Shown in pieces: positions 37,575 to 46,570 of a stretch of 64,000 nt of DNA. The first letter of the stretch is position 1; each line of letters starts with the position of its first letter. The notes beneath the pieces were generated by a model. The model was not told where the DNA came from and made no database searches. It worked only from the letters and a program-made list of their open reading frames with translations. The position numbers and the translations under genes are program-made. Source of the DNA: Halobium salinum (GTDB taxonomy: Archaea > Halobacteriota > Halobacteria > Halobacteriales > Haloferacaceae); assembly GCF_026586625.1 (NCBI RefSeq), contig NZ_JAODIW010000008.1, positions 93,332 through 157,331 on the forward strand, in the 5' to 3' direction.

Positions 37575-38129
37575 ATGACCACTCGAGTCGGCGTCGGCAG
37601 CGGCAACCCGGTGAAGCGACGGGCGGTCGAAGCGGTGTTGAACGACGGGAACGGCGGCTTCGCCGAGGCGTCGGTGGAGGCCGTCCCGGTCGACTCCGGC
37701 GTGAGCGAACAGCCCGAGGGCCACGCGGAGACCCTCGAAGGCGCCGAGAACCGCGCGCGGGCCGTCGTCGAGGCGGGGTCGGACCTCGGAGTCGGCGTGG
37801 AGGGCGGCGTGGCGACGTTGGACGCCGGTGCCGGAGACGCCCGAGGCGACCTCTACCTCGTCATGTGGGCCGCCGTCACCGACGGCGACCGCTGGGGCCG
37901 GGGGTCGGGGCCGGCGCTCGCGCTCCCCGCTGACGTCGCCGAGCGCGTGCGCGACGGCGAGGAACTCGGCCCGGTGATGGACGACACGCTCGGCGAGGAG
38001 CACGTCGCGCGAAAGCAGGGTGCGGTCGGGGCGTTCACCGGCGGTCGCGTCGACCGCGCGGACGCGTTGGCGACGGCGGTCGCGGGGGCGCTCGGACCGT
38101 TCGTCACGGACCACTACCGAACGCGCTGA
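37575..38129 (+). CDS. Inosine/xanthosine triphosphatase (YjjX/DUF84 family non-canonical NTP pyrophosphatase)
   Basis: MTTRVGVGSGNPVKRRAVEAVL…DSGVSEQPEGHAETLEGAENRARAV… matches the YjjX family pattern. Confidence 0.65.
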   Translation: MTTRVGVGSGNPVKRRAVEAVLNDGNGGFAEASVEAVPVDSGVSEQPEGHAETLEGAENRARAVVEAGSDLGVGVEGGVATLDAGAGDARGDLYLVMWAAVTDGDRWGRGSGPALALPADVAERVRDGEELGPVMDDTLGEEHVARKQGAVGAFTGGRVDRADALATAVAGALGPFVTDHYRTR

Positions 38130-38145
38130 CGGACGCCGCCGGGAC

Positions 38146-40035
38146 TCAGTCCTGGGCGGACTCCGCGCCCTCGACCCGCTCTCCCACGTCCGCGGACTCG
38201 TCGACCGCGGTGGTGAGCGAGACGTTGAGCGACGCCATCGAGACGACCCCGCCGGCGAGGGTGACGAGGTTCTTCACGGCGTGGTCGACGAACGCGGCGC
38301 CGACCACGACGGCGGGAGAGATGGCCGGGACGAGGACGACGACGAGCACGGTGAAGGCGGCCTCGTACAGTCCGATGCCGCCGGGCGACAGCGGGAGCAC
38401 CTTCGCGAGGTTGCCGACGCTCACCGCGAAGAAGGAGACGGCGAGCAGGTAGCCGAGCGGGACGCCGGCGGGGATTCCGAACGCCAGCAGGACGAGGAAC
38501 GCGGTGAGCACGTCGAGCGTCCAGATGGCGAGACTCGACAGGCCGACGCGGGCGAACGCGCCGGGCGTGCCGGCCGCCCGCTGGAGGTCGCCGACGAACC
38601 GCTCGACGACCCCGGCGACCATGTCCGCGTAGGAGTCGTCACTGAGGCGAGCGACGACCGGGCGCACGAGGTTGCGCTCGGAGCGCGCGGAGGCGACGAT
38701 GGCGACGACGGCGCCGACCGCGGCGACGCCGACGAACGCGGCGACGCCGGCCGCGACGCGAGCCGCGTTCTTGTCCACGTCGCCGACGGTGCCCGAGCCG
38801 GTGATGCCGACGATTAGCTCCGTGGTGCGGCCGGTGGCGACGAGTCCGACGAAGACGAGGCCAGCGAGTGCGACCAGCGAGAGCAGGTCGAACACCCGCT
38901 CTGCGGCGAGGGAGGCGAACCCGGAGGCGTACGGGATGCGCCGGCGGGCCTTCACGACGTACGCGCGCACGGCGTCGCCGGCGCGGGCCGGGAAGACGAG
39001 GTTCCCCGTCTGGCTGATGAAGATGGCCCCCGTCAGGAAGCCGACCGACTCGCGATACCCCAACTCGGAGAGGATGTCGCGGTAGCGCGTCCCCCGGAGG
39101 GGCCACGAGAACAGGTAGACCAGCGCCGCGCCGGCGATGAGCGCCGGGTCGGCCTCGCTGGCGCGGGCGACAACCTGCTCGAAGTCGATGTACAGCGTCA
39201 TCAGCCCGACCGCGACGACCGTCATCAGGATGCCGACGGCCATCGAGACCTTCCGAGTGATACGGGGTTGAACCGACAGCTCCCACCACGTCCGGAGAAC
39301 CTGACTCCCCATCCCGAGCACGTCGCGGACGAGGTCGACTTTCGTGTCACCCTTCGGCGTCCAGTCGACCGGGAACTCGGCGACGCGGTACCCCCGACGC
39401 TGAGCGCGCACGAGCAGTTCGGTGTCCCAGAACCAGTGGTTGTCGCGGATGTCGTGGTGGAGCACCTCGAACGCCTCCCGCGAGACGGCCTTGAATCCGC
39501 ACTGGTGGTCACGTAGGGAAGACCGGAGGAAGAGCCGCACGAACCCGTTGTAGACGCGGCTCGGGACGCCCCGTTTCGGCGGTCGGTCCGCGGTGCGGCC
39601 GGGCATCCAGCGCGAGCCGGTCGCCACGTCGGCCTCGCCGGAGCGCACCGTCTCGACGAGCTCCTCGAGGTGACGCATGTCGGTCGCGAGGTCGGTGTCG
39701 AAGTACACCAGCACGTCGCCGTCGGCGGCGGCGAAGGCCCGCTCCAAGGCGCCGCCGCGACCGAGGCGCTCGTCGCTGTGGAAGTGTCGGACCCGGGCGT
39801 CCTCGGCGGCGAGGCGACCGGCGATGTCGGGCGTGGCGTCGTCACAGCCGTCCTCCGCAACCATCACCTCGAAGCTCCCGCTCGGAAGGAAGCGTGAGAG
39901 CGTCGACAGCGTCTCGCGGACCGTCCCCTCAATGGTCTGCGCCTCGTTGTACGCGGGGAGGACGACGCTCACCTCGACGCTCGCGGGGGACCGGCGAGCC
40001 TCAGGTGCGTCGGCCGCGGCGGCCGGGCCACTCAT
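38146..40035 (-). CDS. GT2 dolichyl-phosphate hexosyltransferase fused to flippase-like (lysyl-PG synthase TM-type) membrane domain; AglD-like
   Basis: The N-terminal GT-A domain (VSVVLPAYNEAQTIEGTV…) has DxD motifs (EDGCDD and YFDTDLA). The C-terminal roughly 330 aa has about 8 TM segments and a PGGIGLYEAAF motif. Internal ATG (MSGPAAAAD…) used. Confidence 0.65.
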   Translation of the reverse strand: MSGPAAAADAPEARRSPASVEVSVVLPAYNEAQTIEGTVRETLSTLSRFLPSGSFEVMVAEDGCDDATPDIAGRLAAEDARVRHFHSDERLGRGGALERAFAAADGDVLVYFDTDLATDMRHLEELVETVRSGEADVATGSRWMPGRTADRPPKRGVPSRVYNGFVRLFLRSSLRDHQCGFKAVSREAFEVLHHDIRDNHWFWDTELLVRAQRRGYRVAEFPVDWTPKGDTKVDLVRDVLGMGSQVLRTWWELSVQPRITRKVSMAVGILMTVVAVGLMTLYIDFEQVVARASEADPALIAGAALVYLFSWPLRGTRYRDILSELGYRESVGFLTGAIFISQTGNLVFPARAGDAVRAYVVKARRRIPYASGFASLAAERVFDLLSLVALAGLVFVGLVATGRTTELIVGITGSGTVGDVDKNAARVAAGVAAFVGVAAVGAVVAIVASARSERNLVRPVVARLSDDSYADMVAGVVERFVGDLQRAAGTPGAFARVGLSSLAIWTLDVLTAFLVLLAFGIPAGVPLGYLLAVSFFAVSVGNLAKVLPLSPGGIGLYEAAFTVLVVVLVPAISPAVVVGAAFVDHAVKNLVTLAGGVVSMASLNVSLTTAVDESADVGERVEGAESAQD

Positions 40036-40221
40036 TGGGAGCCTCTCACCCCGGCGAGTGTAAGAACTTTCTGTCTCGCCGGAGGTCGGCCGTCTCCCGC
40101 TCCGAGATGCGCTGTGGCGACGAGACGCTCCGTCCGGACGGTTCGACCCCGAAAACCAGTTGTCCAGATTATCAATCAGTACGCCGAACATTTTTCACGG
40201 TGGACTGTGAGAGGCCAGTCG

Positions 40222-40749
40222 ATGAGCCTCGACCCGCGCGACTACGACCTCACCGAGCTCCGGTCGGTTGCCGGCGGCGAGTTCGTCGCCGACCCCGACG
40301 CGAGCGGCGACGAACCCACCGACGAGAGCACCGTATCGCCGGGTGAGCGGCTCCGCCGCCGGGAGCGCGACCGCGAACTGCTGACGCTCGCGGCCGCCGA
40401 CGGCGACAGCGTCGAACGCCCCTTCGTCGACCGAATCCCGGTGTCGCGGGCCGCAGAGCGGGTCGTCTTCGACTGGCTCGACTTCCTGCTCACCGTCGGC
40501 GGCGAGACGGGTGCACGCGACGCCCTCACCTACTACGAACGCGTCGAGTGGCTCGGCACGTCCGCCCGGGAGTCCCTCGAACGCTACTTGGACGGGTTCC
40601 CCGAGGCCCACCGCGGCGGCGAGGGCCGCGTCACGCTCGACGACCATCGCGAGAGCCTCGCCTTTGTCGCCCGTATCCGCGCCTTCGACGCGCCGCGCCG
40701 GCGACGCGAGGCGCTGCGAGACGCCCGCACGCCGGCCGACGGCGAGTAG
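40222..40749 (+). CDS. Hypothetical protein with FlaD/FlaE (ArlD/E)-like C-terminal domain
   Basis: MSLDPRDYDLTELRSVAGGEF…VVFDWLDFLLTVGGETGARDALTYYERVEWLGTSARESLERYLDGF… This resemblance to the archaellum FlaD/E domain comes from memory of the family pattern and has not been aligned. Confidence 0.35.
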   Translation: MSLDPRDYDLTELRSVAGGEFVADPDASGDEPTDESTVSPGERLRRRERDRELLTLAAADGDSVERPFVDRIPVSRAAERVVFDWLDFLLTVGGETGARDALTYYERVEWLGTSARESLERYLDGFPEAHRGGEGRVTLDDHRESLAFVARIRAFDAPRRRREALRDARTPADGE

Positions 40750-40795
40750 TCCCTCGGTGGTCGAGCGGCGCCGAATCCTGTCACCGAGTTGTATT

Positions 40796-40846
40796 CAGAT
40801 ATTTACCAGTGATAAATTGAAAGTCAGGTTTTTCAATAAGGAGTGG
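40796..40846 (+). promoter_or_regulatory. AT-rich promoter (TATA-like AGATATTTA / GATAAATT) plus Shine-Dalgarno-like GGAGTG for the actin-like gene
   Basis: This roughly 60 nt AT-rich island is the most AT-rich stretch in the window. GGAG sits 13-19 nt before the ATG at 40859. Confidence 0.3.
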
Positions 40847-40858
40847 GTCGGCCCTCGT

Positions 40859-41977
40859 ATGGCACCCGAAACCGAAACGGACGCAGCCCCGAACGCAGCC
40901 GCGGACGACGCCGAGGCTTCGAGTTCCGACGCGGCGTTCGGCGACGAGTCGAGCGCCGCCCAGCGAACCGCGGTCGGCGTCAAACTCGGCAGTACCCGGA
41001 CCGTACTCTCGATGGGTCGCGACGAGGAACGACGCGTCGTGAAGACGCTCACCTGTCTCGCCACGTACGAGGACGCCCTCACGGGCGACGAGCGCGTCCT
41101 CTACGGCGAGACGGCCGCCGCCGAGTACCCCGACCGCGTCCAGTACATGCTCCGCTCCGGCCTCCCGGAGGACGACGAGCGCGCCGAACTCACCGAGCGC
41201 TTCTTCGCCGAACTGCTCCGTTCGGAGTCGGTTCCCGAGGACAGCGGCGTCGTCTACGCCATCCCGACCATCGACAACGAGCCCGGGCTGGAGAACCTCG
41301 GCGCGGTCGTCGAGGACAGCGAAATCGGCTCCGAGGGCGTCCGTTCGTACCCCGAGTCGCTCTGTGGCGCCATCCCGGCGATGGGCGACGGCCTCGAAGC
41401 CATCAACGACATCTTCGTCTCCATCAACCTCGGCTCGACGAACCTCGAGGCCTGTGCGTACCGCCGCGGCGAGCAGCTCGCCCCGTGGGCGACGGGCGCC
41501 GTCACCGGCGTCGGCGTCGACCGGGCCATCACGGGCTACGTCGAGGAGGAGACCCAGCGCCGGGTCACCGTCGACCAGCAGACCGCCCGCGAGTACAAGG
41601 AACAGCACGCCGACTTCGTCGACTACGAGCCGTTCACGGACATCGTCCAGCAGCCCGGCGGCGGCTCCCACGAGTTCACCATCGAGTGGGCGGTCATGGA
41701 CGCCGTCGACGAGTTCGTCGACGCCGCCGTCGAGGCCGTCGCCGACGACTTCCTCCCCGGCGTCGCCCAGGAGCACGTCCGCGTCTACCGCCGCGCCCTC
41801 GACCGACCCATCGTCCTCACGGGCGGGATGGCCTGCATCCCCGGCCTCGTCGAGGAGTTCGAGACCCGTCTGAGCGAGACGCTCGACCGCGAGGTCACCT
41901 GCGTCGCCCCCGACGACCCCGAGCTGGCGGCCGCCGAGGGCGCCCAGCGCATCGCCGAGCGCCTGCTCGAGAACTGA
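40859..41977 (+). CDS. Actin-fold (ASKHA superfamily, MreB/ParM/actin-like) ATPase
   Basis: Phosphate-1 VGVKLGSTRTVLS, phosphate-2 VSINLGSTNLEACAY, and adenosine motif VLTGGMACIPGLVEEFETRLSE. 372 aa with an acidic N-terminus. Confidence 0.55.
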   Translation: MAPETETDAAPNAAADDAEASSSDAAFGDESSAAQRTAVGVKLGSTRTVLSMGRDEERRVVKTLTCLATYEDALTGDERVLYGETAAAEYPDRVQYMLRSGLPEDDERAELTERFFAELLRSESVPEDSGVVYAIPTIDNEPGLENLGAVVEDSEIGSEGVRSYPESLCGAIPAMGDGLEAINDIFVSINLGSTNLEACAYRRGEQLAPWATGAVTGVGVDRAITGYVEEETQRRVTVDQQTAREYKEQHADFVDYEPFTDIVQQPGGGSHEFTIEWAVMDAVDEFVDAAVEAVADDFLPGVAQEHVRVYRRALDRPIVLTGGMACIPGLVEEFETRLSETLDREVTCVAPDDPELAAAEGAQRIAERLLEN

Positions 41978-41990
41978 GCTGAACCGACCG

Positions 41991-43019
41991 ATGGCCGCCG
42001 GCGCCGACGGAACGGACGGTCGTCACCCCGCCGAGAGCGACGCCGGCGGGGCCACCGGCGGCGACGCCGACGACGGTACCGACGCTACACCGGTCTCCGG
42101 TCCGGAGCGGTGGTGTTACGCCGGCGAGAAGCCCGTCGAGACCGTCCCGGTCGCGGACGGGTGGGCCGCCGTCACGACCCACCGACTCCTCCTCTCCGAC
42201 CCGAGCGACGGCGGGTCGAACCTCCTCGCCGTCGACCGGCCGAACGTGACCGACGTGCGCGTCGACGCGGCCGGCACGACGCGGTACCTCGAACACCTCC
42301 CCGACCTCGTCGTCTACACGCTCGTCCTCCTCGGCGGCCGGGCCGGGCTCGCCTTCGTCGACTTCGGTTCGACGCTGTCGACGAGCATCCCGTCGGGGAC
42401 CGGAATCGGCGGGCTCTCCTCGATGCTGTCGATGTTCCAGACGGGGTTTCGACTGCTCTCGACCGGCCTTCTGGTCGGCGGGGTCCTCTGTGGGGCCGCG
42501 GCGCTGGCGCTCGGTGGGCTCTACGTCCGCTCGCGGGAGCGGCGACTGGTCGTCGACCGCGCCGGCGACGAACCGCTCGAACTCCCGCTTCCGGACGGCG
42601 CCGTCGACGCCGGACGGCTCCGGGCGGCGCTCGGGCTGGACACCGACGCTCAGGGCGCCGGACCGAGCGCGCCGGACGAACCCAGCGCGAGACCTGTCGG
42701 CGCGAGCGGGACCGACGCCGCCGACACGCCGACCGGCGCCGACACGCGGAACGTCACTGACACGCGGAACGTCACCGACGTACCGACCGGCGTCGACACT
42801 CCGAACGTCGCCGACACTCCCGAGACTCGGACGGCTTCCGACGTCCGTGCAGACCCCGACCGTCGTCCCCCCGCCGACCGGGACGCCGCACCCGGACCGG
42901 ACGCGCCTGTCGCCGGTCGGGACGAGGAGGGCTCTGACGAGCCGTTCGACCTGAGCGAGTTCGAGCGGGCGGAGGCGTACGACTCGATAGAGTCGATTCC
43001 GCCGGACGAACGGCTCTGA
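41991..43019 (+). CDS. Membrane protein with N-terminal bacterial-type PH (bPH_2/GRAM-like) domain and disordered repeat-containing C-tail
   Basis: WCYAGEKPVETVPVADGWAAVTTHRLLLSDP…LLAVDRPNVTDVRVD… is PH-like. Two to three TM segments (…LVVYTLVLLGGRAGLAFVDF… and …LLSTGLLVGGVLCGAAALALGGLYV…). The tail carries …ADTRNVTDTRNVTDVPTGVDTPNVADTPE… tandem repeats. Starts 14 nt after the actin-like gene. Confidence 0.5.
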   Translation: MAAGADGTDGRHPAESDAGGATGGDADDGTDATPVSGPERWCYAGEKPVETVPVADGWAAVTTHRLLLSDPSDGGSNLLAVDRPNVTDVRVDAAGTTRYLEHLPDLVVYTLVLLGGRAGLAFVDFGSTLSTSIPSGTGIGGLSSMLSMFQTGFRLLSTGLLVGGVLCGAAALALGGLYVRSRERRLVVDRAGDEPLELPLPDGAVDAGRLRAALGLDTDAQGAGPSAPDEPSARPVGASGTDAADTPTGADTRNVTDTRNVTDVPTGVDTPNVADTPETRTASDVRADPDRRPPADRDAAPGPDAPVAGRDEEGSDEPFDLSEFERAEAYDSIESIPPDERL

Positions 43020-43073
43020 GACGGCGTCGACCCGGTCGCAACTCTCGGCTCCACCTGTCGGTCGCTCGCCGGC

Positions 43074-43877
43074 TCACAACAGTTCGTCCAACCGCTCCTT
43101 GCTCGTCCCGACGTAGTCGTAGTTCAGCGTGTACACCTCGAGCGAGAGCGTCCCGTCCCACTCGGCGGGAAACGCCTCGAACACCTGCTCGAAGTCGATG
43201 GTGCCGGCGCCGAAGGGGAGGTGTTCGTCCTTCGACCCGCGGGTGTCGTTGAGGTGGACGTGCGAGATGCGCTCCCCGTGGTCGGCGACGAACGAGGCGA
43301 TGCCGCCGGAGTCCCGCCCGTCCATCCGGGCGTGACCGGTGTCGAGGGTCATCGACACCTCCGTATCGGCGAGCAGTCGGTCGAACTCGTGGGTCCGAAA
43401 GACGCTGTAGGGGACGTTCTCCGCGCAGAGTTCCACGTCGCGGTCGGCGGCGTACGCGTCGAGCGTCCGAACCGACTCGACGACACCCTCGCGAACCGTC
43501 GAGCGGTCCCACGCGGCGCCCCAGGCGTGGGAGTCGGGGTGGACGACCGCCTTCTCGACGCCGATGTCGGCGGCGAGGTCGAGGTACGCCTCCAGTTCAC
43601 GGACCGTCCCCTCCCGAACCCGTTCGTGCGGGGAGCCGAGGTCGAATCCGCCGAAAGGGAGGTGTGCGAGCACGGAGAGCGCCCGACCCGCCGGTCGGTC
43701 CGTGTTCACCGCGTCGACGGCGTTCCGAACCGACGCGGGGTCGAGTCGGCTCCGGGCGCCCGCTCCGTCCAGCATCAACTCGACGAAGTCGAACCCGAAG
43801 TGGTCGGCGGCCTCGACAGCCTCGTCGAACGCCATCCCCTGTTGCGTGACGAACCCGGTCCGGACGTTCGGGTTCAC
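43074..43877 (-). CDS. Sugar phosphate isomerase/epimerase (xylose-isomerase-like TIM barrel)
   Basis: 267 aa with …VELCAENVPYSVF… and …HVHLNDTRGSKDEHLPFGAGTIDFEQVF…, typical of AP-endonuclease-2 / xylose-isomerase-like TIM-barrel proteins. Confidence 0.7.
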   Translation of the reverse strand: MNPNVRTGFVTQQGMAFDEAVEAADHFGFDFVELMLDGAGARSRLDPASVRNAVDAVNTDRPAGRALSVLAHLPFGGFDLGSPHERVREGTVRELEAYLDLAADIGVEKAVVHPDSHAWGAAWDRSTVREGVVESVRTLDAYAADRDVELCAENVPYSVFRTHEFDRLLADTEVSMTLDTGHARMDGRDSGGIASFVADHGERISHVHLNDTRGSKDEHLPFGAGTIDFEQVFEAFPAEWDGTLSLEVYTLNYDYVGTSKERLDELL

Positions 43878-44080
43878 GATTGCCTCATGGCCCGTCGTTC
43901 GGACCGTGCGCGTTTATCTCCGTGGGTGACCCCGAGACCTCCGTGGGTGGCCCCGAGGCGGACGCCGTCGTCGCCACCTGCGCCGCCGCCCCCGCTGTCG
44001 CCGTCGAATCGACCGACGGCGGCCCACGAACGTCCGCCGTAGCCGGACTCCTTTTGCGTCTGCCGGTCCAAGAGCCGGCG

Positions 44081-44455
44081 ATGAGCGACGACCGGGACCC
44101 GCTCGCCGTCTTCGACGACGCACTCGTCGCCGCGGTCGCCCAGGAGCGCAGCCTCGACCCGACCGCCCTCAGGACGCTCGTCCGCCGCCACCAGGAGGCC
44201 GTCCGGTCGCTCCCCGGCGTCGACGGCCTCGTCTACGAGTGGCGGAAGGCGTTCGCCAACGACCCCCTGCTCGAACGCCGGCCGGAGGCGTACTTCCTCG
44301 CGCTCCCGGGACACGTCTGGATAGAGTTCGCCTCGACCATCGAGGCCGACGGGGACGAACTCGCCGCCGTCCGCGACGTCCACGAGCGGTTCCTCCGACG
44401 CGAACTCGGCGACGTGCTCGACGACCGCGAGGCGATGGTGCTCGTGCGGCCCTGA
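44081..44455 (+). CDS. Conserved hypothetical protein (124 aa)
   Basis: Internal ATG (MSDDRDPLAVFDDALVAAVAQERSLDPTALRTLVRRHQEAVRSLPGVDGLVYEWRKAF…). The antisense 386 aa ORF was rejected. Confidence 0.4.
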   Translation: MSDDRDPLAVFDDALVAAVAQERSLDPTALRTLVRRHQEAVRSLPGVDGLVYEWRKAFANDPLLERRPEAYFLALPGHVWIEFASTIEADGDELAAVRDVHERFLRRELGDVLDDREAMVLVRP

Positions 44456-44551
44456 GGCCACCGGAGCCTCGCTCGTCGGTCCCGGTTTCGGTTCGACAGT
44501 CAGTACCACGGCACGGAAACGTTCACCTTCCAGCGCCCGGCATTCGGAGGT

Positions 44552-45085
44552 ATGCCCGGTGCAGTGTTTCTGGAGAACGAGACGGTCGAACTCCGAACCG
44601 TCGAGGAGGAGGACCTCGAGTTCGTCCGCGACAACGTCAACGACCCCGAGGTCTGGCGCACGCTCGGTATGTCCCGGCCGAACAACATGAAGGATGAGGA
44701 GCAGTGGCTCGAGCGAATCTCCGAGGAGGACGACGACGTGCACCTCCTGATGGCCGACGACGGCGAACCGGTCGGCTCGGTCGGCCTCCACGTCAATCAG
44801 GAGTGGGGCGTCGGCGAGTTCGGCTACTGGGTCGCCGCCGACCACTGGGGCAACGGTTACTGTACCGCCGCCGTTCGCCTCCTCAGCGGCTACGCCTTCG
44901 ACCACCTCCGGCTCCACAAGGTCGCCGCCGGCGTCTACGACCACAACCCCGGCTCGGCGAAGGTGCTCGAGAAGGTCGGCTTCGAGCGCGAGGGCGTCCG
45001 CCGCGAGGAGGCGTTCGTCGACGGCGAGTACCACGACGTGTTGCGGTACGGACTGTTGGCCGACGAACTGGAGCGCGAGCAGTAG
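44552..45085 (+). CDS. GNAT-family N-acetyltransferase (RimL/RimJ-like)
   Basis: …VGSVGLHVNQEWGVGEFGYWVAADHWGNGYCTAAVRLLSGYAFDHLRLHKV… is the acetyl-CoA binding core. Confidence 0.8.
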   Translation: MPGAVFLENETVELRTVEEEDLEFVRDNVNDPEVWRTLGMSRPNNMKDEEQWLERISEEDDDVHLLMADDGEPVGSVGLHVNQEWGVGEFGYWVAADHWGNGYCTAAVRLLSGYAFDHLRLHKVAAGVYDHNPGSAKVLEKVGFEREGVRREEAFVDGEYHDVLRYGLLADELEREQ

Positions 45086-45307
45086 TCAGAACAGCGCGAA
45101 CGGCCCGCCGACGGAGATGCTCAGGCCGACGGCGACAAAGACGACGCCGAGGACGCGCGTGAACGTCGTCCGCGCGCCCGTCGGCTCGACCGTCGCGGTC
45201 GACCCGTCGCTACCGGCGATTCTCCGGGAGGCGGACCGTAGCTGTCGCTCTCCCGTCGGAAATGAAGAACGCTGTGGTCGGGTGTCGGAGCCGACCCCGT
45301 TAGCCAT
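45086..45307 (-). CDS. Small hypothetical protein with C-terminal TM helix
   Basis: MANGVGSDTRPQRSSFPTGE…TRVLGVVFVAVGLSISVGGPFALF. Weak call. Confidence 0.25.
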   Translation of the reverse strand: MANGVGSDTRPQRSSFPTGERQLRSASRRIAGSDGSTATVEPTGARTTFTRVLGVVFVAVGLSISVGGPFALF

Positions 45308-45356
45308 CCGAATCCGCCTGGGAGGCCGAGCTGTCGCCCCTGGAGGCTCCACCAGG

Positions 45357-46496
45357 TTACAGTCCGAGTTGGCGGCCGATGACGAGGTGCTGAATCTCGC
45401 TCGTGCCCTCGCCTATCTCCATCAGCTTCGCGTCGCGGTAGAACCGCTGGGGCGCGAAGTCGGTGGTGTAGCCGTAGCCGCCGAGCACCTGCACGGCGTC
45501 TTCTGCGTTCTCGCGGGCGGCCTCGCTGGCGTCGAGCTTGGCGAGCGCGGACTCGCGGTTGACCTCGTTGCCCTGGTCGTACGTCCAGGCGGCTTTGTGT
45601 GTGAGGAGGCGCGCGGACTCGACCTTGCGGTGCATGTCGACGATTTTGTCCCGAATCGCGTCGAACTTCGAGATGGGCTGGCCGAACTGCTCGCGCTCAC
45701 CTGCGTACTCCTTCGCGTGGTCGTAGGCGCCCTGTGCGAGCCCGGTCGACAGCGCGGCGATGGAGATGCGCCCGCCGTCGAGGGTCTTCTTCGTCTGCTC
45801 CCAGCCCTCGCCCTCCTCGCCGAGCAGGCGGTCCTCGGGGACGCGCACGTCGTCGAGGGCGATTTCACAGGTCGGCGAGCAGTTGAGTCCCATCTTGTCC
45901 CAAACGGTCGTGACTTCGAACCCGTCGTCCTCGGGGTCGACGATGAACGTAGAGATGCCGTCGTAGCCCGCACCGGGCTCGGTGACGGCCTTCACGAGGA
46001 CGGAGCCGGCGACGGAGGCGTTCGTGATGAACTGCTTGGTGCCGTTCAGGACGTACTCGTCGCCGTCTCTCTCCGCCATCGTGTCCATGTCGCTTGCGTC
46101 GGAGCCGGAGCCGGGTTCGGTGAGCGCCCAGGCGCCCATCGCGTCACCGGAGGCGAGCGGCGCGAGCCACTCCGCTTTCTGTTCCTCGGTGCCGAACATC
46201 TCGATGGGTTTGGAGGCGAGGGAGACGTGCGCGGCGTAGGAGAGGCCGATGCCGCCGGAGACGCGACCGAGTTCCTCGGTGACCAGCGCGTACATGAGCT
46301 GGTCGCCGCCGAGACCGCCGTACTCTTCGGAGACGGGAACGCCCATCACGTCGAGGTCGGCGAGCTGGTCGAACACCTCCTGCGGGAAGCGGTGCTCGTC
46401 CTCGATCTCCTGTGCGATGGGGGCGATCTCCTCCTGACAGAACTCCCGGACGGTGTCCCGAATCATCCGGTGTTCCGCGGGCAGCTCGAAGTCCAT
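45357..46496 (-). CDS. Acyl-CoA dehydrogenase
   Basis: 379 aa. MDFELPAEHRMIRDTVREFCQEEIAPIAQEIE… and the C-terminal …YDQGNEVNRESALAKLDASEAARENAEDAVQVLGGYGYTTDFAPQRFYRDAKLMEIGEGTSEIQ… are typical of acyl-CoA dehydrogenases. Confidence 0.85.
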   Translation of the reverse strand: MDFELPAEHRMIRDTVREFCQEEIAPIAQEIEDEHRFPQEVFDQLADLDVMGVPVSEEYGGLGGDQLMYALVTEELGRVSGGIGLSYAAHVSLASKPIEMFGTEEQKAEWLAPLASGDAMGAWALTEPGSGSDASDMDTMAERDGDEYVLNGTKQFITNASVAGSVLVKAVTEPGAGYDGISTFIVDPEDDGFEVTTVWDKMGLNCSPTCEIALDDVRVPEDRLLGEEGEGWEQTKKTLDGGRISIAALSTGLAQGAYDHAKEYAGEREQFGQPISKFDAIRDKIVDMHRKVESARLLTHKAAWTYDQGNEVNRESALAKLDASEAARENAEDAVQVLGGYGYTTDFAPQRFYRDAKLMEIGEGTSEIQHLVIGRQLGL

Positions 46497-46570
46497 GTCC
46501 GACCTTACAGCAGGCCACGCATAAAGACAGCGAACGACCGTGAGGAACCGCGTCCGCGGGGCGTTGGTGG

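Noticed and set aside
40114-40221. Upstream extension (MATRRSVRTVRPRKPVVQIINQYAEHFSRWTVRGQS) of the FlaD/E-like ORF.
   Set aside because: The extension overlaps the AglD-like gene start region on the other strand and is basic, unlike the acidic rest of the protein. The internal ATG at 40222 was preferred.
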